A stretch of DNA of 59,634 nt, the filler included, from Sphacelaria rigidula (lineage: Eukaryota): the NCBI GenBank assembly GCA_964200075.2. It is 5 parts of 5 records of this genome, joined end to end, with 100 filler letters (N's around TTAATTAATTAA, not from the genome) between each part and the next. Parts side by side here need not be neighbours in the genome. Positions count along the whole stretch, not along the records: positions 23,896 to 35,742 come from CAXNAA020004427.1; positions 35,843 to 47,688 come from CAXNAA020004428.1; 3 more parts are not named here. One strand, given 5' to 3'. The first letter of the stretch is position 1. Every line of letters starts with the position of its first letter. The notes under the pieces were generated by a model. The model saw only the letters and a list, made by a program, of their open reading frames with translations, was not told the DNA's origin and made no database searches. The position numbers were made by a program, and so were the translations under genes. Below, piece after piece: positions 24,347 through 36,469 of this stretch.

Positions 24347-27300
24347 TTATCGCAATTTCCCACTAGCTTCCCCTTCTTTACTTTTCGTCTTCTGTAGATA
24401 CCGCGCCGCTTTGGTCATAGCTCGATCCTCAGCGGAAACTGCCCAAGCCTCAGCCCTCTCCACGCGCCCCTTAAACTGCCCGACTGTCCTCTCCACCTGA
24501 CCTCTCATCGCCTCTAGCTTAAGTCTCATAGCCCTACGTTCTGTCTCCATACGCCACCGAACATCCTCCAGATTATCATCCGTGCTGTAGGATTTCGCGG
24601 CGTCATATTCTTGTCTTTTCCGTGGACCATCGCTTAGTGTGCCCCCTTGGCCCTCTCGGTTTGAATGAGGACATTTTCGACCAATTTCTTCTGCCTGATT
24701 CGCCGATTCACGGTCTGAACATCCATCATGGCCGACAGTGGGTATGAGTTTGCAGTGGTCTTCATTTTGAAGTTGCCGCGTTTGCTCGAGTCCGCGCATC
24801 CGTGCATTCAAGTCTTGAATAGATTTGTCTCTAGCTGCGAGGCTAGCCACCAAGACCTTCACCATAGCTTCTAGTGACCGTGGCGAAGAATCGCCTGCGG
24901 ACTCAGTCGTGCTGTCGCCCCTTGAGGACTGCGGAAGACGGACACCGAAACCCGACTGCAAATCCACCGATAAATCTGGGCTGTATTCAATGGAGTTGCT
25001 CGTACGACGGGGTAGCGACGGTAGTGGCGGCGGGGGTAGCGGAAAACACCTTGTCTCCACGTTGGACCTCGGGATATGAGAGGTGGATCGATTGCGGGAT
25101 GCTGGCTTGCTTCTGTCGTTATCAGAGAATATGTGACCAACCGACATCGTCCCTGTCCGGCGTGAGATCTGTGACGGGCTTTTCGTCCTCTGGGATCGGT
25201 CGTCGAAGGAGCGAGCTGGCGATACCTTCGGTCGACACCCTGCTGTTGGCCCTAGGTAGCCCTTGGAAATAATCTGAGGATGGATTCCGAATGGTTATTG
25301 TGGACGAAAAAAAGCAGTATACGCATGGTCAAAGTCTGATCCTACGGCAAGAGGGTTCGCCAGGCTGGTCTGAAACAAGTTAACTCAAGATGAGAGGGAT
25401 CGACGTGGCGTACTGGATTACGTCCCCCTGCCCTAGGCTCGAGCAGAAGTGCCGTCGGCTGACTTTGTACATGATTGTTTTAATACTAAATCAGTCCGAC
25501 GAATTCTGAAGGTGGTCGTATCAAAATCAGTAACATTGACTCCTCCCATGCTGGATACGTACTTGTTCGTGGCGAGCCCTCTCCTCCACGAGACACTTCT
25601 TCGTAGCCTCCAACTCCGCCTTCAGAGCTTGTAGCCTGCGGGCACTGGTTGCTCTCTCGTTGCCCAATTGTCGCCTTGTTTGTTCCCTCTCCGATTCCAA
25701 CTCAGCAGCAAATTGTTTCCGTAGTTGACGCTCATGCTGGATGCCGGCAAGAGGAGCAGATCAGACGTATCCAGATAGAGTCAAACGTAAGAGGTAAGGA
25801 TTTTTTGTTGCCAATTCAGAGATATCCGGAGGAAACTAACAGGGTTTCAAAATACGCTCCGCTTCGTTTATGGTATGGTTGGTCACATCAAGCACACAGT
25901 CTACGCCGCAGAGTATGAAACTCTGGAAACTAGGCTGGTCGATCCGCCTCCAGCACGCAAATCCGATCCCGTTCGATCCAGGCGACATGATGTAGCCCAT
26001 CACAGTGGGCAGGAGGAAGTTGGATATGGCCAGTCGCGGGGAAATACCGTCACCTGTTGCAGCCTTGCATGAGTATTGTCGTCAGCAGCACGTAGCGTGG
26101 CCTTCAATAACCTCACCTCCTCGGCCAAGTGCATGGCCTCCGCTGCGTAACTACTGCCATGAAAAATAGTGTCAACGGGAGAGTTGGGGTACACGGGAAG
26201 TGCCATTCCGTGACAATTTCTGAAACTCGGCGTCAAGGCGCAGCACAATGTTATCTACCAAGGACGGTTTTTCTTAAAGTGTACTGGTATCGACTGCTTG
26301 CAGATCCTCATCCTGCTTCACTCTGAACGATTTGACGAAATAGTCATGCCGTTCACCTATATCGTTGTGGAGACGTGAGAGTACACGTCTGTTGACGTAC
26401 CAACAAAATCCCCAGCTTTCGACGGTGACCATCTACGGACAGACACAGTTCGCGACCGTATTAACCGAAGATCAAGTAGATACGAGCAAAACAAACTGTG
26501 CAGTGATGTGGTTGCGTGCGGCAGGGAACCCTTTGGAAATCAGACTTCGTCATCTACATAGCCAAACAAGACATTGACATCCACTATACGAGATGCCAGG
26601 TATACATATGAAAGTCCGCTTACCGACGCTGTATTGATAGGCGAACAGCGTCCCGCATCACGGATTCGGCTTGGTGCTCCTCATCTTCCGGTACCACGGA
26701 CTTTGAACTGTGTACGGTTTCGGTAGGAATACTTTCGCTGCTAGCACCCGGCGCACTGTTTTGTTCCCCGGACGAGGGCATGTTGTCGATAACGTTGCGC
26801 TGATAGGATGCAGTCCTTCGTTTGCTTTTCTCCGCTACTTGTTCCAGCGATGCCTCCACACCGCGTCGAATACCCGTTGATGATCGCAAACCATTACCGC
26901 TATTGCCTGCATCAGACCCATTTTTAAGCGGCAAACCCTCATCATTGCTGTCGTTTAGATGCGAGGACATGTCTTCACGCGAATCCTCTGTACTTCTCGT
27001 AGTTGCTCCCGCTGCTGCTTCTGTGACTACGCTCCCTGTCACATCTTCAACATTATTTATTTCAGTGACCTTCGTAGCGGAGTTTGCTGCTTGAGCGGTA
27101 GGGTCTATGGTATGTGTGGCGGTCGGGGTCTCATCGGTGGCGGTACGTTCATGACCGGGGACAACACGCCGATTCGGGTCCGGGCTATAAGAGTATTTTT
27201 CCCTCTTTCGCCGCTCCTCTATTTCCTCACTCGACGGTGAATCGCTCCAGCGTCTATGCTCGGTACGGGTCTTGCTTGGTCGCCACTCAAGGTGTGGTGG

Positions 27301-30284
27301 TGTCGATGGTGACATGTTCGGGATGGGAGATATGGTACGGGGGGTTGTCATTCCGAGCTCCCCACTGCCCTCCCCTCCTGCCAAAACAGCCGCTGATGTT
27401 TTTCTGGGGATCGTAGCGGAAACAGGTGAAAACCCCGATTTGGGGATAGGCGCCCGACTCCCAAATGAACCGTTCTCGAGAACAGCCTGTCTTGACTCCA
27501 CCCTTGTGGGACCATCAAAACCCGCTTTCGGCGTGTTGGGGTGATCGACTGACTTAATGGACTTTGCCACTTCCTCGATCCATCCCAGTCCATTGTTGGA
27601 GGTGTCGGATGGGGCGACGGCACCGGGGAGTGACGCTGTAGATTGGGGTTTCCTTGTAGTTGGGTTTGCCGTAGCGATAGGTGATGCCTTTTCCAGGGTT
27701 TGTTGTATCCAGTCAATACGTTCCGGATTTGCTGATGCTGGACTTTTCCCCGAGTCTTCAGAAACAGCGGTAGAGTCGATCTGACTGACGCCATGGTCTG
27801 GATTAACCGATTTGTCATATGGTTGTTTGTCTTCAACATGCTTGCTGGCTTGGTTCCTCCTAGAGTCTTCTGAATTGCTAGCATCGTTGCCGCTGCCTCG
27901 TTGCTCGTCCCGAGTTGATTCCGGTTCGGAATGATCTTGAGGTACTTGCACCGTTGCAGGCTGCTCATATGTATAGTGGAGGATGACGTTTTTCGCGGGA
28001 ACACTCCATTCAGCATCGCCGTCACTTAGCTTCACGTAGATGCTACTGTCGTCGTTTACTCTCCCCAGTGTCCCAGCGTGATAGCCCTACCGATGGCGGC
28101 ACGGAAAATGCCGAAGGTGGAGATAACGGACAAGCTGTGAGAGGTGGCTAGCCGACGAATGAGCACAACATTCGTTCGATTGTACAGTAATTGGTTGAAG
28201 GTCCTAAACCAGCTTGATTATCCCGTTGATCTACGAGCACAATTGATGCACACAGTTTACGAACGTAATCCACAACACACACGGACTATGTACAACAGGT
28301 TCCGACAAGTCGTGCGCCTATCAGTTCGACAATCTGTATGTGATGTACGAGTGGCGGCGGCAAGCTTGATTGCTTGAGTGCTCTCTGCATTATACCTTGC
28401 CTTTTCGGGCAAGCTTCACGTCCACAGCCCACCCCGGTCGGGGACTCGGAGGAGCTTGTCCTGGCCTGCGCACCCTCCCTGCGAATACGGCTTCCTCCGA
28501 ATCGCCATCGTCGTAGACAATATCGTACAAGAACCCATCGGGACGCTCGCGAGCTCGTCGAATTTTCCCGGGAAACCATTTGGATTTACCCCCAAAGCGT
28601 GCTTCTACACGCTCTCCCAATTGAAAATGGCCCTTGGAAGCATCTTCGGTGTGTGCCGGTACGGTGGAAGGTGAAGACATCGCGGGACTGCTGGGTTGAT
28701 CAGTTGTGTGGTTGGGGGAGCAGTACATATAAGCAGGAAAAGTTGGGTGGAGGAGCGACAGTTGCCTCGCCCAGGGTATGTAACGGTGGCGAATTACTTC
28801 CAGGTACATATGCGGTTGCCAATAATAGGCTTTAGAGCACGAGCTATTGCACGAAACGCCGGGACGGAAGAAAAGGCACAGCGTTTCCCATTCCGCGGTG
28901 CACTTCGAGATACATTATATTCTAATGGGTGTACTAATAATACAAGATACACGAACCGCAGCTGCAAAACCATCACCGACGCAACACAGCACACCTTGGA
29001 CAATATATGGTCGATAGATGCAATATACAAAAACATACTGCGTTGAGTATAGGACAATTACGACTATTGTCGGCCGCCAATAGTTGCAGTAAGCCTGTAC
29101 TTTACCCAGTACATTTTTTGTCTATAGCATCTTTTGACCATATAACATAGGGTAATGCTACTTCCAAGTCGCGACTTGGAAACAGTTATGTCCACCACCA
29201 GCTTCGATTTGACTACCCGCCTGCGTTTGTCCCATGTGCCTTGTATCGGTACAACTACACCTGCAATACACCCACACAGTCCGTAGCCATCGTTCAAGCC
29301 ATCGCACGATGCGAACGGCCTCATAGCGAGCGAGAAACGCGTCTGCTGCACAGTGCCGAGAACATACCGCCGCCCGACTGGAGGTGGACATGAGATAGTA
29401 TGTCCAAGTCGCGATTTGGACATAGCTTATGTCCACCTCCAGCGAACTGAATAGCTGCCCGCGCTCGTCCCATGTGACTTGTATCGACACCAGAGCAGGT
29501 GCGATACACACACACAGTTCGTAGCCATCGTTCAAGCTCTCGTGCGGGGCAAACGGCGTCGTAGCGGACGAGAAACGCGCCTGCTACACACAGTGCCAAA
29601 CAATACCGCCACCCGACTGGAGTTGGACATCAGCTATGTCCAAGGAGACTTGGCGACTTGGACATAGCTTACGTCCAACTCCAGTGAGTGGAATACTTGT
29701 CCGCGCTCGTCCCATGTACCTTGTATTGACACCACAGCAGTTGCAATGCACTCACATAGTCCGTAGCCACCGCTCAAGCCATCGTGTGGTGCAAACGGCG
29801 TCGTAACAGACGAGAAACGCGCCTGCTACACACAGTGCCAAAGAATACATCTGCATCGCACTGGACTTGGACATAGCTTTTGTAAAAAACGCGACTTGGG
29901 ACATGAGCTATGTTGGGCATGGGAGCACGTAATCATGTGCTTGCGATTGACAGCGGCCGCGTTGCAGACAAGAACGCCAGCAGGTGATTGTCGCTGGTAC
30001 GTTCTCCCCGCATTGTTCCGCGATTCACTGAGATTTTAGCTAGCGTGATGAGCATGTTGTATCTACAGACAGCGTTCATGAACTAGAAAATGTACACGCT
30101 GCTCAGCTGTCTCGCGTCGCACGTTATCTACGTACGATGCCCGTGTAACCTGGGGCTAATGGTTACGAAATGCGGATAACGCGTACCAGTCGCGAAGATG
30201 ACTCCATGAACGGACCCTTTCTTCGTCGCACCGGCGATGTCCTTGGCACACAACTAGTGGGTCGATTTCCCACTGCTTTAGGAG
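24347..30284 (-). CDS. Protein with tandem Tudor/Agenet-like domains, a long low-complexity linker and a C-terminal coiled coil; 5' end uncertain
   Basis: Exons 30284-30187 (less certain), ~28690-28396, 28086-26624, 26150-26054, 25736-25563 and 25273-24347, all GT-AG with consistent phases. Tudor-like segments FQLGERVEARFGGKSKWFPGKIRRA...YDIVYDDGDSEEAV and PGWAVDVK...GYHAGTLGRVNDDSSIYVKLSDGDAEWSVP; heptad-like AELESEREQTRRQL...LKAELEATKK. Confidence 0.8.
29148..29912. repeat. Tandem array of ~240-bp units separated by palindromes (left arm)
   Basis: About three units; core palindrome CCAAGTCGCGACTTGG at 29164 (variant at 29404), degenerate copies at ~29640 and ~29890. The arm starts TAGGGTAATGCTACTTCC. 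Confidence 0.9.
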
Positions 30285-30363
30285 CTGCGAGGAAGAAAGC
30301 CAATGTTCTATATCTAGTCCCAAAGGCTACAGCATCATGATACTGCTCCCGCATGCTTTAGCT

Positions 30364-31245
30364 TTGCATCCCACGATGGCTTGAGCGATGGCTACGGACT
30401 ATGTGAGTATTGTGCACCTGCTGTGGTGTCGATACAAGGTACATGGGACGAGCGCGGACAAGTATTCCACTCGCTGGACTTGGACATACAGTAGCTGATG
30501 ATGTCCAACTCCAGTGGTTCGGCGTTATTGTTTGGCATTGTGTGTAGCAGGCGCGTTTCTCGTCCGCTACGACGCCGTTTGCCCCGCACGAGAGCTTAAA
30601 CGATGGCTACAAACTGTGTGAGTGTATCGCACCTGCTCTGGTGTCGATACAAGTCACATGGGACTAGCGCGGACAGCTATTCCATTCGCCGGAGGTGGAC
30701 ATAAGCTATGTCCAACTCGCGACTTGGACATACTATCAAATGTGCACCTCTAGCCGGGCGGCGGTATGTTCTCGGCACTGTGCAGCAGACTTTCTCGCTC
30801 GCTATGAGGCCGTTCGCATCGTGCGATGGCTTGAACGATGGCTACGGGCTGTGTGAGTGTATTTCAGGTGTTATGGTGTCGATACAAGGCACTTGGGGCC
30901 AGTGTGGATAGGTATCCCAACCGCTGGTGGTGGTGAACATAACTGTTTCCAAGTCGCGACTTGAACATAGCTTATGTCCACCTCCAGTCGGGCGGCGGTA
31001 CGTTTTTGGCAATGTGCAGCAGGCGCGTTTCTCGCTCGCTGTGAGGCCGTTCGCATCATGCGATGGCTTGAACGATGGCCACGGACTGTGTGAGTGTATT
31101 GCAGGTGTTGTGGTGTCGATGCAAGGCACATGAGACGAACGCAGGCGAGTTGTCAAATCGCAGCTGGTGGTGGACATAAGTGTTTCCAAGTCGCGACTTA
31201 AACATAGCTTATGGCAAGTCGCGACTTGGAAATAGCATCGCCCTA
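30364..31245. repeat. Tandem array of the same ~237-bp units in inverted orientation (right arm)
   Basis: Reverse complement of the left arm, about 3.5 units; palindrome cores at 30712, 30949, 31186 and 31215. The arm ends GGAAATAGCATCGCCCTA, the reverse complement of the left terminus. Confidence 0.9.
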
Positions 31246-33744
31246 TAATATATTGCCCAGGGTGTGCAATACAGCGCGGCGCGAAGTTAATGGGGTGGTC
31301 TTTACTTCCGCTATCTTGCTGAAATAGACATGAAGAAGCTGTGTCATGAATGGTGAACTCCAAGCGACAAACTACACAACTTGTACATGCCTCAATCGTA
31401 CGGTGGGTAGGTACGGTGTCCTGCACCTGTGGTGGGAACGTACTGACCCTTATATACGAGACATCGCCGCTGTTAGCATGCACTTGGCAGTCTGTGATCT
31501 GTATCAGGTCTTGTAATGCATCTCACCTTCACGCCGCTGCAGTTATCAATGCCGTCGTTGCTGGACAGGAGAGAAAACTCCCGTCGGATGCATTCATGTT
31601 TGTCAGCGCGTTCGTCTTATTTGTTTATGGCGACGCGTCTGGCAAGCTCGTACTGTACACAGCTCGAGTTGAACGCCAAACCTCCCCTAATCCCCACACG
31701 GGTTTCCCCGACCCACAACTAACCCTTCATGTTTTTCACTTCATCATATAGTATACGTATCACCGCGTATTCCCATGGCGCACAATAGAGCACTGTCGCA
31801 CAATCAGAACGTGATCAGGTGCCACCAATGCTGCGCAAAGTGTCAAAACGTCGCAATCACCCCGACCCTCCGAAAGGAAACATCGCTCTGAAAAGTAACG
31901 GTTTCGTATTGTTTCTAATCGAATCTTTCGCCTGACATGGTTCCATGATTCATGTGTCAATCAACTTCCTGAAAATAGTTTCTTCTTGTTGTTGGCGATC
32001 ACTGACTGTAATGTGGTATTGTGGTCATACTTGTGCGTATTTTTTCCTCTGGAGGGTTTCTCATCGATTCATGGGATCCACACATCCCCCACCAAAAGAA
32101 GTTTTGACGTTGCCGCCGATGTTGAAGACAACGAAGGAGGCTAAGGTATTTTGTTTCAGACCCGCGGTTGTTGGAAAAATGAGGTTGGCGGCAACCGACC
32201 ATGCATAAAGAACGCTACTGTCCCCAGTATCAAGTGGAATTATCTCACGATAGTGAGAGCCGCAGGCAGCACTTTCCCATCCTAGAAGAAGAAAACCGAG
32301 CAGCGACATACCAGTAAAGTTATCAGGATGACTTACCAGGAGAAAATTTATACAAGAGTTACGATATTGTACGTACGTGCGATAAAATTACGTGCAATGT
32401 GGACTGCACGAGCAGGGCTTTTTTCGCGGTATATTTCAGTTTTAATATGACATGTAATAAAGGATCGATGGGTAGATGCCACTCCGTCTCCAGCTGAGAG
32501 TATACATTTCTGCTGGCACATGCACGCAATTCCTGCGTTGATAGACGCCGATGTAACGAACGAGAGAGAAAGAAAGTACGTATCTTGTACCTGGTACAAT
32601 TAATGCACTGACAGTTTCATGGAAGATGACTTTGTAAAGGTAACCACAACTTTGAATTGTCCCGCATTTCCCGAGTCAGTAGCAGTCAGGCGCCCCTCAG
32701 CCCCACCGCCGGTGCTGAACAGGGTGAAAGGGGTGCGTTGACAGAGAGAGAGAGAAAGGAGGGAAAGGGGGGCTGGTGTAGGGGGTGTAGGGATTTGATC
32801 ATTACAGGGAGATATGGGCGACAGGACGATGCCGCCTCCTCCGCGCGGGCCGGTCAACCCACGGAAAAAGTTCGCGGTGAAGCCAGGGTTCAGCATGTTG
32901 GTGGGCTTAGAGCGGGAGAGGGGTCGCGGTAGAGTTCATTGATGAGTCGAGTTGATGTCATGATAGGCGTAGTGCAGTACAGTATAGTGCCGCGCATCAA
33001 TTTGTATAGAAATCATATGGTAACTGTATCATCTGCTGCCCGATCCAATTTACGAGCGCACCACGGACAATGAGTTGGTGATGGTGATGGTGATGGATGT
33101 ATTTAGCAAACGCAACAAAGGCGCAGACACAGAACACAAAAGTCAACTCGCTGTCCCGAATTCCCATCATCATCTCCTACTGAGCTGTCTGTGCGTTGTG
33201 CAGACAGCACCAGTTGAGTACGTTCTTCGCTTTGTGGGTGATACCTTGCTCTGGTCTGCTGTGTTCGATTTAAATTTCACAGAGTGCACGGTGAGTTGCT
33301 GCGTGATGGACAGAGAATTTCGAAAAACGATGTACATGTTGAAGTCACCGAGCTGCAACCGTTTGTACTTGTGTCATGTCCGAGGATGGTCAACATCAAC
33401 TGCCCAATTTTGAATCTATACATACTATCACCAAGTGACTATAAAAGGTGTCTCACACTCAAGATTCCCGCTATATTTCACAGCACAGTAATTTTCAGTC
33501 GAATTATCAGGAACTCGAGTTTGAGATACGTCGATCAAAGGTACAGGCCGGGCCGCCCAAGACGCGGACAGGGATGTGAACACGCGATTATGCAGCACAA
33601 TTTTGCGGCGTTTTCTATGCAATTATGACACGATGTACAGGACGTTTGTGTGAAGATTCCATCATCTGCCCCCTACTTTTTTTTTTTTTCGTGAGTTACT
33701 CACCATTTAGTTCCGAGAAATGTTCTGAAATGTTTAGTCGCCAA

Positions 33745-34079
33745 TATGTGTGTCTTGTGGTCCCATCTATTCTGGACGTCGGTCTGTATCTTTCGGTATA
33801 TGTGGGCGCACCAGCCGGGGTCGCACAGGAGGAAGGTCAACACATGTTTTGTTTTGTACTCCACCTTCCTTCTGCGGTGCTTGCCTCTTCTTTTCATCGC
33901 GAGAATTGTTCAGCAGTTCCTTTCCCTCGTCGACCGTGCAGTCGAATTTTGTGTACCCGCGACATATTCGCTCTCCACTTTCGGGCATGAGAAAACATCC
34001 CAGATCGCTCCGAGATTCGAATCCACGACCCAACCATCAGAAGGTTTCGAGGTTACCAACTGAACCACCGGGGCAACCG
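33745..34079 (-). mobile_element. tRNA-derived SINE
   Basis: Minus-strand head with an A-box-like TGGTTCAGTTGG and a B-box-like GGATTCGAATC. Region 33891-34079 is homologous to 55100-55301. Confidence 0.75.
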
Positions 34080-34856
34080 ACTTTTTTATAACTCACGAAG
34101 AACAAGAATAAAATGTAGGGGGCAGATGGTAGAGTCTTCGGACCTACGCCCTTTACATCATGTCAAAATTTCATCGAAAACGACCCAGAAACGACCCAAA
34201 ATTGAGCTGCATAATTGCTTGTTCGTGTCGAAGACCGGTTCCTACGTGGAGACGGACCAGTAAAAAAAAATAAAACATAGTTGTGCTGTTCAATTTCAAG
34301 TCTTTCTCCACGAATTTTTGACACGATGTGCATGAGGTATGTTGTAAAAGCCCTGTTGTCCCCCCTTGATTTATTTCGCCTTCTCCAATGAGTTGTCGAC
34401 GATTGTGTACCGAAATAGAATGTTCCGAATTTCATCACCAATAATTCATCAGGGGAAAGAAAAAAAATGAAGGAGAAACGATAGGGGCTTCGCACATACC
34501 TCATGTACATCGTGTCAACACTTTATAGCAAACGGCTCAATACTGAGCAGCGCAACCGCGCTTTTCTGTTGAAAACCGGTGGACTTGCTTTTAGACCAAG
34601 TGCAACAACCTCAGCCGGAAGTTTGACGTTTTCTCTGAGCTTTGTTTACCCACTGCTCACCGGTTGGCACACTGCTATACTACTACCAGACGCCTTGGCG
34701 GGCTAGAGGTCTCGTCTGCGTGCCATCTCAGACACTGCATGCTTACAGTACGATATGCATTGCTGTACAACCACAACTTGTGCAGCGCCATCACTTTGCG
34801 GCCGCGGCACAACCGATTGTAACCGCAAATGCGATTTCATGCGGTTTTCTCCCCTA

Positions 34857-35354
34857 CAGTAATAGGCGGTCTAACTATTCAGGGGTGTCGGGGGGGTTTC
34901 CGCGCGTACTAAGTTTCAATAGAAGTCGAAATTGTTAGCGTCATTAGATTTTAGTACAACACAACAGATTATCTTCGAAACACTGCCCAAGTCAGTGTAT
35001 GTTGGTGTTATCGGGCGAAACGAGTAAATACCCCGTACATCAGGAAGCATGATTTCAAAAATTGAAACTGTACATTTCTCTACAAATATGATCAGGACGG
35101 GCTTGATCGGCCGAAAAAACAGAAGAGTAAGAATTTGGGCTGAAAAGTGGCAGGACCCCCGATGACGGGTCAGCCCGGAAGTCACTCAATCTTGACTACA
35201 GATGGTTGTCTCTTCTTGGAATATGGAGTGGATACAAATATCTTCAGATCCCCGACGTGATGAGCGGTGGCAAGCGAAAAGAGCACAAGAAAATCGCCAA
35301 TTACGAAAAACTCACAAAATGCGACAAGATGAACAGTTAGACCGCCCACTACTG
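34857..35354. mobile_element. Tc1/mariner (pogo-like) MITE, ~500 bp
   Basis: 25-bp TIRs CAGTAATAGGCGGTCTAACTATTCA / TGAACAGTTAGACCGCCCACTACTG (3 mismatches), TA on both sides, no ORF. Confidence 0.85.
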
Positions 35355-35573
35355 TAATTCGGCCGCACATACCCCCCTGAACCCTCTGCTACACTTCGCA
35401 GCTGACTACAATTTGGTATTTTGTTTGATGTTGTTGTTGTTTTCTCCACATTAAAAAACGTTCCGATATCTGCGCGGTAAATTCGTACTGGGCTTTTGAT
35501 GCGGACGCCTTCCCTGGTCACAGGCTAGCTACCTATAATAAGGTATGGGCAAATCAAACTAAACTAGAAAAAA

Positions 35574-35742
35574 GGGCAGTGGCCTAGAAAAGGTATACCT
35601 TCTCGTTTTTGCCTAGGAAAGGTACCAAAAATGGCCAGACACGCGAAAACAGCCAAACATGCCAATCTGGCCGTTTTCGCTCGGAATTTTTCACGCACGT
35701 CGTTCGGGGGGGCTATTGGCACCCGGGACTCGAAAAAAAACG
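35574..35742. repeat. Dispersed repeat at the contig 3 end (same family as 1-70)
   Basis: Reverse-complement match to 1-70. Confidence 0.75.
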
Positions 35743-35842
35743 NNNNNNNNNNNNNNNNNNNNNNNNNNNNNNNNNNNNNNNNNNNNTTAATTAATTAANN
35801 NNNNNNNNNNNNNNNNNNNNNNNNNNNNNNNNNNNNNNNNNN
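35743..35842. other. Artificial contig linker
   Basis: Same N44-TTAATTAATTAA-N44 spacer. Confidence 0.98.
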
Positions 35843-36469
35843 ACTGGCGATTGCCTTGGGCTTTTTCGCCTGCCACGACTCTTTAAATCTAGGATTCAAA
35901 GATACTTGAATCCGCTGCACACTTTCCACAAAAACAACACTGTTTGGAATATAGAGTGACTCATGGGCTTACGGGCTGATTTGTCATCGACAGTCCTGCC
36001 ATGTCTCAATCCAGATTCTGACTCTTGAAAAGTTTCCCTTGATCGGGTCCGTCCCATCGCATTTGTGGAAATGTATTCATTAGTCATTGCACTGAAGCCG
36101 AACAATGGTGTTTGACGGCCAGAAACACCCTCCCGATGACCAGGTATGTACTTGTATCGCCTGATGACACCACCTGACACCAACTTGGGCACTCTGATGT
36201 GACGACAATCTGTCCATCTCACCCAACATCTACCGACGCTAACACTTTCGACTTCGGAATTGAACCGGTTAAACCGGTTCACCGGAAAAAACGGTAAAAC
36301 CGGCGTAATAACGCCTCTTTTTCCCGGTTAAACCGGTTTTCCGGTTAACCGGTTTAACCGGGTAAAAAAACCTCCGTTTTTTTTTTTCGTTACCGTTACC
36401 GGTTAACGCCTATGGGGGTTTCCAAGAACCGGTTATAACCGGTTCTTTGTCTGCCGGTGCCCACCTCTA
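35843..36469 (-). mobile_element. Probable terminus of a hAT-like DNA transposon
   Basis: Minus-strand end TAGAGGTGGGCA, followed by dense AACCGG/CCGGTT subterminal repeats (36262-36445) and a decayed reading frame with a KQCCFCGK segment that is possibly BED-finger-like. The other end is not in the contig. Confidence 0.5.

Noticed and set aside
29148-31245. CRISPR-like array (palindromic repeats with spacers)
   Set aside because: Spacers are ~175 bp and homologous to one another, there are no cas genes, and the context is eukaryotic introns.
32600-32896. Possible first exon of the Tudor gene (MLNPGFTANFFRG...)
   Set aside because: No convincing phase-consistent splice path to the exon at 30284 was found.
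34000-34079. tRNA genes at 34000-34079, 55225-55301 and 48062-48165
   Set aside because: A and B boxes are present, but no consistent cloverleaf forms, and two of them continue into a shared non-tRNA body, so they are SINE heads.
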